The notes beneath the pieces are model-generated. The model had not been told where the DNA came from. It did no database searches and saw only the letters and a list, made by a program, of their open reading frames with translations. A DNA stretch of 64,000 nt from Octopus vulgaris (Eukaryota), in contig OX597821.1 in NCBI GenBank assembly GCA_951406725.2, positions 16,926,001 to 16,990,000 on the forward strand, given 5' to 3'. Shown one piece after another: positions 53,989 through 64,000 of this stretch; the first letter of the stretch is position 1; every line of letters begins with the position of its first letter. A program made the position numbers and the translations under genes.

Positions 53989-54523
53989 CATATATATATA
54001 TATATACATGTGTGTGTACATATACGCATATATACATGTATATAATCATATATACATATATGTATGCATATATAGATACATACATATATATGTATATATA
54101 TATACACACGCATATATATATATAACTATATATATAAATATATATGCATATGTATGTATATACCCATACGCACATGCATAAACACATACTCAGTCACACA
54201 TGCATTCACAGAAACGCACACATACGCGTATAAACTACTGGAATACACAAAAATCGATAGTAAGAGTCTTCTAAAAGCTCCCTGTCGCAATTGTCTTCTC
54301 ATGCTGATCGAATTTCTAAAGAAACTGGTTTAACATTAAACTTGATCCCCCAAAATAGAAAAAAGTAAGGAATATATCGGACTGATTTAAATACATTAGT
54401 CAAGCCTGTAAACATCTTCATGACCTTTGCCTGTTATTGTCGTCCGTGCAACTTTTACAGCGTCTAAATTATTCGAAAATAAATGCAGTAAAACAGCTGC
54501 TCTTATAGGCGATAATAACATGT

Positions 54524-54591
<68 letters not shown>

Positions 54592-55729
54592 AAAAAGAAG
54601 AACAACAACAACAATAGCAACAATAATAACACCAACAACGATGACGTAGATAACTTTATTGACAAGGCTCCACAGTCGAATGCAGCGAAAATATTACAAG
54701 TACTTATTTCATTCCATTGAAAACAAAATAGCATTCCTTCCACAGATGTTAGTTAGAAGATAACATTGTAGATATTCCTTTCATCTTAGAAACTTGGCTG
54801 ATTTCAAATAAATATTTTCATATAGATGTACAGCAACAAGCTACCGGCTTGATCTTGTTAATCACCCCTTTTATTCAGTCTCTCAAAAATTAGACACTAC
54901 AGTAACCACAAGATGAATAATTTTAAACCCAAGCCAATGTTTTATAAACATGCTTTATATCGCTTGAACGTGGCGGTTGCAGTAGTTTTATCATTGTTTT
55001 TCTCCCTTTTTCAGAATACGGCCGTAAATAAGATGCGTTTCACAGCGCCGCACCATGAGCCTCACTGCCCCATTATCTTTCGTTATTCCTTAGTTCGTAT
55101 ATTGTCTCTGCCGATAACCTGTAGCGGAGTGGCCTTCCTGCTCTTCTAGAAGAGGAAGACCAGCCATTCCATACAGAACAGTAAAATATGTAAATCTTTA
55201 AATAGAAGAAATCAAACTACCTACGTTCCTGCCTACCTACATTCATATGTACAAATCTACATGCATACATACATATACACATGCATACTTGCATAGCCCA
55301 TAAAGTAGAGAAAACCAGTAACTTTCAAAGAAATAATAGCCTCCTTGCTATATTTTGTAGCAGGAGACAGCAACAAAATTCATGACCAACAAGAGACATA
55401 AGGAAGCCTCAGGCCTTGGGTAATGTCCATTGAAACAAGCTGGTGTTGAAAATGTCACCTGTATCATCATCTGCTGTCGAAATATGTCCGCAAGGTACTG
55501 CTTTCCCGCATGACACGACATTGACACTTAAGCCGTCTGTAATGCTAAACGCAGGGAATGCTGTTCAGACGGTGATATGAAAGACACTCCGGAACCAGAA
55601 TATAAGCACACCTTCAAAACTAAATCTCTCTATGATAATAGCCAATGTAACTAGTGGTTGGTTTATTGATTTCTCCAATGGAGATACAAAGAGTTGTAAC
55701 ATGAGATATGAAGAATGAGTGGACATAAT

Positions 55730-56140
55730 AGGCGCAGGAGTGGCTGTGTGGTAAGTAGCTTGCTAACCAACCACATGGTTCCGGGTTCAGTCCCACTGCG
55801 TGGCATCTTGGGCAAGTGTTTTCTGCTATAGCCCCAGGCCGACCAATGCCTTGTGAGTGGATTTGGTAGACGGAAACTGAAAGAAGCCTGTCGTATATAT
55901 GTATATATATATGTGTGTGTGTGTGTGTTTGTCTGTCTGTGTTTGTCCCCCTAGCATTGCTTGACAACCGATGCTAGTGTGGTTACGTCCCAGTCACTTA
56001 GCGGTTCGGCAAAAAGAGACCGATAGAATAAGTACTGGGCTTACAAAGAATAAGTCCCGGGGTCGATTTGCTCGATTAAAGGCGGTGCTCCAGCATGGCC
56101 GCAGTCAAATGACTGAAACAAGTAAATGAGTGAGTAATGT
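55730..56140 (+). mobile_element. Full-length family A SINE
   Basis: Complete head to tail; ~38-bp TSD agagttgtaacatgagatatgaagaatgagtg(g/c)acataa. Confidence 0.9.
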
Positions 56141-56199
56141 GAGAGTTGTAACATGAGATATGAAGAATGAGTGCACATAACAAGCGTCGTGACAATCAG

Positions 56200-56632
56200 T
56201 GAGGACTTGAAATCTAGAATTTTTATTCCCAGGTGAGATGGATAGCCGATTACATCGACCCCAGTACTTGATTGACACTTATTTTATCGACTTCAGAAGC
56301 ATGAAAGGCATAGTCAACCTCTGTGGAATTTGAACTTAGAACTTAAAGACGGACGAAACACCGCTAAGCATTTTGACCGACGTGCTAACGATTCTACCAA
56401 CTCGGCGCTTGAATAATAAACATTTCTACTATATGCACAAGGTCTGAAGTTTTTAGTGAAGCTGGATAGTCGATTATACCGATCACAGTACTTGACTGGT
56501 ATTTATTTTATCGATTACGAAAGGATGAAAGGCAAAGCTGACTACGGTGGGATTTGACGTTTTAATGTAAAGACGGACAAAATGTCACTTCACATTTGAC
56601 CGGCCTGTAAACGCTTCTGCTAGTTCGTCGCC
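56200..56632 (-). mobile_element. Two adjacent diverged family B-related SINEs
   Basis: gattacatcgaccccagtacttga...atgaaaggc occurs at ~56245 and ~56470. Confidence 0.65.
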
Positions 56633-56661
56633 TTATGTATATACATATATATATGTGTGTG

Positions 56662-56718
<57 letters not shown>

Positions 56719-56969
56719 ATGTGTATATATTTATATATATGTGTGTGTATGTATATATATGTGCATGTGTGTGTATCATTATTGTTATTTATTCTATTCG
56801 TAATTAAAACAGAACAAGGTGAGTTGGCCCTTTCCAGGGCAAAGGTCAGCTCTCTCATTTGGCGCTTGTAGAAGTTAACACATTTGACCTCTGCTGACCG
56901 CAGTGGAGTGACGCTTCGTTGGCTTCCTGATTGCACTGCTACTGCTGCTACTGTTGCTGCTATTTCTAT

Positions 56970-57059
<90 letters not shown>

Positions 57060-57289
57060 TGATAATAGGGATTTGCCTGGAGACAAACACATACATGTGA
57101 CAGCATTTACATCCAGCTGACAGGACATATACAATCCTATTACCACTTCTGCCACCGTCGCCGACAACGCCATCGCCATCCTACTGGAAATAGCTCGGAG
57201 ACTGCATGATGTTTCTGACTTTTATCTCCTTGTCTCTGTTTCTCTCTGGCTGTCAATTCAATGTTTGTCTCTTTCTACGATGCTACATA

Positions 57290-58600
57290 AATTTTGACGG
57301 CCTTCCTGTTAACAACTTTCAAGCGGCAAGTCATGACAAGAACTAATTTAAAACTTTTCAAAGTTACCACCCACCACCGAAAATGCTGATGTGTGGGACC
57401 TCTGAAACTTACCCAAGGAACCAGACAACTGGTTAACCCTGTGCGCTTATAACACGGCCCTGGATACCAACCTTGGAAATACCCCCAGAACCCGTGTCGT
57501 TCGAAGAACACGTTCATAATTGACCTTAGGCTCTGACACTGAGCTCGAAAAGTCTTTACATCAGGACTAACCTCCTCAAGAACCTGTAGCAAATCAGACC
57601 AGCGATATTCCTAAAACTGATTCTCAGGATCAACTGCCAAACCTATCTCATAGGAATACAAGTCAGAAATGGAGTAAGGAGGTATATATCGAAGTTGTGC
57701 ATGCTTATTAATATTCAACACTAAACCCAGAAATATCAACCACACAAAAAGAGACCTACAATACCTTTAGTCGAGCAAATTCGAAACCTAGACCAATCCG
57801 AAGTACATAAATATCTGGGAACCAAAGAAAGAGAAAATTCGCAAGGAGTGCTACAGAAAGATAAGAATGGTCCTAATCTCAGTCTATGGTGTTAACAGAA
57901 TTAATGCGATCGATTCTTTGGCTACATGTAGCTTCGGTATCATTAAGTGAAGTCTTACTGTCATGCAGAATATTTTACGGATGGAAAAATCCGTAAAATC
58001 CTTACAAGGTACCGAATGCAACATCCAAAATCATATGTAGAGAGGATTTATCCCCCCCCCCCAAATAGGTGAAAGAAGCTTGATACAGCTCGAACAATCC
58101 TTCAAATCAGCAATGAGTGGACTTGAAACGTATCTTAGTACAACAAGTGCTGTGTCCTTACGAACTACACTGAAGCATGAAGATTCCAAGCAAGTTTAAG
58201 TTCTTTGTAAGAAATTTAAAAGGTCTCTTGGCCTACAAGTTAACAATAAGAATTACCGAAGACACCCAAATACTGACAGACCTACCATTGCTTCTCCTGA
58301 TTTAGAAACTAACAATCAGAAAGACCAGCGAGATCCAGATAGTGACAAACCTATCACTGACGCAAAAAACATCAAACAAAAAGCAAAGAAGGCTTGCATG
58401 AATAATATTGAAGACAACTGGAAAGCAAATTGCTGCATGAAAAATAACCGAGCCAAATGTTGATGAAAATCTAACACGCCAATTGCTGCAAGGGACAGGT
58501 CTGAAACGGAAAACAGAAGGTTTTGTTACTGCAGCGCAAGATCAGAGATTACCTACCAGAGACTATCATGTAAACGTCCTTAAAGACTGATCTGATCCCC
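57290..58600 (+). mobile_element. Highly decayed, internally deleted Dong/R4 element
   Basis: Remnants such as RINAIDSLA, RMQHPKSYVERIY and GLKRKTEGFVTAAQDQRLPTRDY. Confidence 0.7.
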
Positions 58601-58931
58601 CGTCTTTACATTCATTTCGGGGTCGATAAAAAATGTACTATTTGAGTACTAGGTCTGTAGTAATTGACTGTCCCCGCCCCCAAATTTCAGGCTTTGTGTC
58701 TATAGCAGAAATAATTAATACAAGATTAAATAAGGCAGTGACCCGGCAGAATCATCAGATCACCGGACTAAAAGCTTAGCGGCATTTCGTCCGTCTTTCT
58801 GTCCTGAGTTCAAAATTCCGCGCTAGGTCGACCAAATACACACACACACATACATGCATTCATGCATACATAGAGACAGAATGTCAGACAACATATATGC
58901 ATACGAGTAGACACATACATACATACATACA

Positions 58932-58964
<33 letters not shown>

Positions 58965-59417
58965 CCAGCCAGCCAGCCAGCCAACCAGCCAGCCAGCCAG
59001 CCAACCATCCAGCCATCCAACCATCCAGCCAGTCAGCCAGCTATACATATATCCATGCATAATAGCCTCTCCTGTCATAAATGACAGATGAGGACTCCGC
59101 AATTGCTTGCCAACCAACCTACACAGTTGCTTATAGTGGTCAAATGTTTGTACTATACACCAGTCCACTCCTTCCATCGAAATCAAGATTACCTGTACAG
59201 GTGCACAGTGTAACACACGTCAGATGTCGAAATGTTTCAGAGCAATGTGAGACAAAGGGTTTTCCTCAATAAATCAATGCATCACCCGGTCAGCCATTCG
59301 AAACCACAATCGCAAGATCAAGAGTTGAATCCAAACCACTAGGCTACGTGCTACACATGTACGTACATAGCTACATGCATACGTACACATACATATATAC
59401 ATACATACATACATACA

Positions 59418-59838
59418 TCTCTTTTTCTCTTTTTCTCTTTTTCTTTTTACTTGTTTCAGTCATTTGACTGCGGCCATGCTGGAGCATCGCTTTTAATCGA
59501 GCAACTCGACCCCGGGAATTATTCTTTGTAAGCCCAGTACTTATTCTATCGGGCTCTTTTGCCGAACCGCTAAGTAACGGGGACATAAACACACCAGCAT
59601 CGGTTGTCAAGCAATTCTAGGGGGACAAACACAGACACACAAACATACACACACATACATATATATATATAGATATATACGACAGGCTTCTTTCAGTTTC
59701 CGTCTACCAAATCCACTCACAAGGCATTGGTCGGCCCGAGGCTTTAGCAGAAGACACTTGCCCAAGATGCCACGCAGTGGGACTGAACCCGGAACCATGT
59801 GTTTGGTAAGCAAGCTACTTACCACACAGCCACTCCTG
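59418..59838 (-). mobile_element. Full-length family A SINE
   Basis: Near-identical to 17088-17513. Confidence 0.88.
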
Positions 59839-60061
59839 TATGTACATACGTACATACACAAACATACGTACAAACTCAAAGCTCTGCTTGTTGACAGATA
59901 AGTATAGAATTAGATATATAGACACAAATTCTTGTTGAAATATAGAAACATAGGTGGGGAATGTAATAGATAAGACGACCGTTAAATAAAATGGCAAACT
60001 GTAAGCATCTATATGTAAGGTAATACATGTGTGTTTATGTGTGTGTACATGTATGTCTATG

Positions 60062-60134
<73 letters not shown>

Positions 60135-61053
60135 ATTTTATATGTAGCGTATACCTCTCATATACGTACGTAAGTCTGTAAATCAGCAGAGAGTCAGCAA
60201 ACACAGCTGCAGTTCCTGGCATGGACAATGCAAGAAACCATTTGAAGCATGATCTATTTTGAGGTTAATACTAATCTGATTCTGGCATCTCAATTATAAA
60301 AGATCATTTTAAAGAAATTCTTGCTATTGTTACATTTTCTTTTATATTTTAATACTGTCAGAGTGATAAGTCAAACTTTATTTCACTTTATGGACATCAT
60401 GGGAGTGTAGCGAATATTTTGGAATTCGTTTGGATATTGTTGTTATTGATGTCGTTAACAAGCTGTTTGTCGTTGTTGTTGCTCTGTTTGTTGTTTCTTT
60501 TTTGATGGTGTGGTAGTTGTAATCTTTGTGTGTACATGAGAGACATAATGGCAACAAAGATACAAATATACATACGCACATGCATATATGTATATGTTGA
60601 TGCTCATACACATACAGAAAATAAGAGGGAGTGTTGTTACGAGTTCGGGGGGAATATCTTAAGTTAACTGCATTCTTCATAGTTCACTACAAAATGAGTT
60701 CAAATCCCATCGAAGTCATCTTTACTCTTCAACATTCAGGTCACCAAATAAAGTAGCAGTCACATACCAAAATTATTCTCTCTCTTTCTTTTCCGTTTTA
60801 TATACCTCAACCTATCACTTTTCCTTCTCACTCACTCTCTCTCCCTCTCTGTCTCTCTTACTTTCTTTCTGCTGTGATCATTCTGTGAGTGAGATTAGCT
60901 GCTCAAGTTTTATGTCTTTGCCACAGGTTGTATGAGGCGACGGTGCTCCATGACTTCATTGGTTACCCGCATTAGCTACTAGCTTCTTCAATAAAGTTAA
61001 TGTATGGCAGTCCCCATTCGTTTTGTGTATATGATACGTGTATATATGTATAT

Positions 61054-61129
<76 letters not shown>

Positions 61130-61130
<1 letters not shown>

Positions 61131-61671
61131 AACAATAGGAGAGACCGCTATGTGAATCCTGTGTATGCTAAAAATAGACGCGAAGACCTTTTGCCACGAA
61201 ATCTGACCACTGGTGGAAATTGATATTGTTTAATAATATTAATTTCTTTGCCAAGCCTGATTTTTCTTCCTTGACTGGCCGTTGTCCGTGCAACATCGAT
61301 ATTCCTCCTTGTGCCTGTGCCACCCTGTATCTCTGCCGTAAGGCTTTATTTCCACACACGCCAGCTTAATTTAATTCGTCCTTAGTCGAAAGACACCTGT
61401 TGTTATGTCCTGTTATTATTTTTATTGTATTTGTGTAACATTGTCCATTGTTTTCCGTCCTTTTTTTTGTATACATTCGCTGATTTCGTCCAAGGAATCT
61501 AATGCTCTTAGCTTAGTTTTCCTAAGGGCTGGCCAGATTGGAGCAATCTCGAGTATAATCAGCCGAAATTGCGAAGATAACCTGGTACACGACTGAGGAA
61601 AGAAAACTTCGAATGACCCGTCCTTGGTTTCTTTGTATCGTCTGTCTGGATGTTTTGTTGTTCCATTTTGT

Positions 61672-61678
<7 letters not shown>
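61130..61678 (+). mobile_element. Unclassified insertion between (TA)n tracts, possibly a PLE 3' end
   Basis: Sharp (TA)n boundaries; ggctg...cagcc-GAAA hairpin at 61527-61568. Confidence 0.4.
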
Positions 61679-61753
<75 letters not shown>

Positions 61754-63267
61754 GTGTGTGTGTATGTATATAAATCTGTGACGTGTGTCTATATGCAGGC
61801 GTCTTTGTGTGACAACCATAGTTCGTAGTTTATATTTCCCGGAACTTAACGTTTCGACAAAATAGTACAGGGCTCTATTTATTCGACTCACCAACTCTCA
61901 GCATGAGGACATGGTTACATAACGAACACAGTTAAAAGGACAAAAGAATATCCGAGGGAATAGCGGCGGTAATAATTTTATCGTGTTTACTATTAAAATT
62001 ATTAGCTGTCTGAAAGTGATTTAATATCAGAATTGTAAGATTATTGGCCAAAATGCCTTACGGTTACGGTTCTTTTTGTCTGAGATCGAATCCAATTGAA
62101 ATCAGCTTCGCCCTTCGTCTTTCTAGAGTCATTTAAATGAAGTACAACGAAAGAGCTGATGTCAACTTGAACGATATGTGGCATGATTCCAGTGTTACGA
62201 ATCAATAGTATAGATTATCTAGAATTGTTAATTTGGCTATTTTTACTTTGGACATCGACTATTTGGTCTTAATGAGGTCATCGTAGATATTACTAATACT
62301 ATTGTTACTGGCCAGATATCACTTAACCTTCTTAATTTCTCTTTGTTGCTATCATGATGTAACACTTAGGTATCATTTTATTATTCTAATGACAAGTGTA
62401 AGTGTCAATAAAATTAAATGATATGTGATTTCTCGATGCCCCGTCTAGACCATGTTACGCTGTAAAATAACATATATAGGATGGATAATTGATAGAGTTA
62501 CTAATGCTTCATAGTATTTCATTCAACTCTTCACTTTGAGTTCATACCCCGCCGGACTCAGTCTTACCTTTGATTCTTTTAGCGTCAATAAAATGTATCA
62601 ATCCAGATTCCAGAGTGTTTCATTGGCAGGTATATAAAAAAGGAACACTGAATGCATTAAATTCTGTTTTCTGACTCTTGAGCTCTGAGTTCAAATCCTT
62701 CCTTGGCTTATATGGTGGCAGACTTCATTTGTCGTCCGCTTTAACACCACAAGCTGACAACTTGAGTGCGTTTAGCTTACCAAGTCACTAGCAAGGGTAC
62801 TGTCATCTTACCTCTCCCAGACTTGGTGTATCTGTAATGGATCTATCATCAGCTTTGCCATCGTTCCTGTCAGTTTGGTTGTATTACTGCTTAGGCAGTA
62901 TGGAGGTTGAATCGTTACAGCGCCGAACAAAATACTCAGCAGCGTTTCTTCCAGCTTTTAAGTTCAAATGTCACCGATGTCAAGTTTGCCAATCATCCTT
63001 TCAATGTCGAAAAAAGGAGTACGAGTTAAGTACTGAGAGTGATGAAATTCAAAAATCCCATCCGACAAAAATTCAGGCTTTGTGCCAATAGTCGAAATAA
63101 TTCTTTCTATTTTAACTAACGACGGATTGACAGATTTGTTAGAGCGTCGAATACTTTGTTGCATTTGATCTGGCTCTTTATGCTACGAATTCAAGTTTCA
63201 GTGTTGTGGTCAGCTTTGTCTTCCTTTCCTCTGAGTTTGATAAAATAAAGCATCAGTTCAGAGTAGA

Positions 63268-63530
63268 CTAAGGAAATGGAGATGGATCCGACACACACTG
63301 TGGAAAGAACCCTCAAATGTGACACGACAAGCACTTGACTGGAACCCGCAGGGGAAAAGGAAGCGAGGACGCCCAAAGCAGACATGGAAGCAGAGCATTT
63401 TGGACGAGCTTAGGACAACCGGCCTGACATGGGAAGCAGCTAAGAAACACGCCAATGACCGCAAAAAGTGGAAAACAACTGTTGAGGTCCTATGTTCCAC
63501 AAGGGGCAAAAAGGATTAAGAAGATAAGAA
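63268..63530 (+). mobile_element. RTE/RTE-X LINE 3' fragment
   Basis: WRWIRHTLWK...TRQALDWNPQGKRKRGRPKQTW...WEAAKKHANDRKKWK...LC, followed by a taagaaga tail. Confidence 0.88.
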
Positions 63531-63867
63531 TATATCATTAGGATCAATTTCTCTGACTAAGATTTGTTCCTTGAAACCGTAGCCTCCATGCCTAACTTTC
63601 AAAGTTACTACTATTATTGGTATGGCAATAGGTTGACAGAACCTTAAGAGCGTTTCAAACAGGCCTTTTAGTATTTCTTCGAGATTTTTATCACCCTAGT
63701 TCAAGTTTGAGCACCGAAGACAGCTTCACCATCCAACATTTCGGTGTGAGAAAAGTAAGAAAGCAGTCAAGAACTGCAGTTGGTTTAATTGACTAAAATC
63801 TTCGTCCAAAAACTTTCGGCGTTGTGCCTAATACAGAAACCATTATTACCACTACATTGCCGAATAT

Positions 63868-64000
63868 ATGGATGAGCGTTAAGAAGGTTGCTTCCCAACC
63901 ACATGGTTTTGGTTTCCGTCTCACTGCATGTTACCTTGAGCTAGTATCTTCTACTAGAGCCCTGGGCCGAATAGAGCCTTATGAGTGAATCTGGTAAATG
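63868..64000 (+). mobile_element. Diverged family A SINE head (runs off the window)
   Basis: ttgcttcccaaccacatggtt...ccttgagctagtatcttctactagagccctgggccga. Confidence 0.65.

Noticed and set aside
57360-57412. CTGATGT...GAAACTT in the 5' region of the decayed Dong/R4 element
   Set aside because: The core is mismatched and stems I and II cannot be formed convincingly.
61520-61625. Possible hammerheads (ggctg...cagcc-GAAA; CTGAGGA-aagaaaactt-cGAAT)
   Set aside because: The first lacks a CUGAnGA core and UH site; the second lacks GAAA and stem I.

Overview
This is an AT-rich, microsatellite-saturated eukaryotic window. The SINE families and repeat landscape suggest a cephalopod such as Octopus (inference). 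No intact protein-coding gene is recognisable; most ORF-track entries are translations of (TA)n, (CA)n or (TAA)n tracts. The window is mostly decayed transposons: a Ty3/Gypsy remnant and a solo LTR, RTE and Dong/R4 LINE fragments, tRNA-derived SINEs, two non-autonomous Helitrons, a DD36E Tc1-like element and two coding Penelope-like (PLE) fragments. The main signal is a set of several sequence-distinct, mostly non-coding elements inserted in (TA)n tracts. Most share a 'tandem unit(s) plus inverted arm' architecture and carry type I hammerhead ribozyme (HHR) motifs (CUGAnGA, stem II, GAAA, short palindromic stem III, UH). About 12 recognisable HHR cores are present, plus several half or decayed ones. 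They include a 595-bp tandem array with one HHR per unit, HHRs with very long (69-89 nt) stem II, and a U3:A8 compensatory core variant. All folds were done by eye, and ribozyme activity is untested. A few minus-strand splice signals may mark exons of an unidentified host gene.
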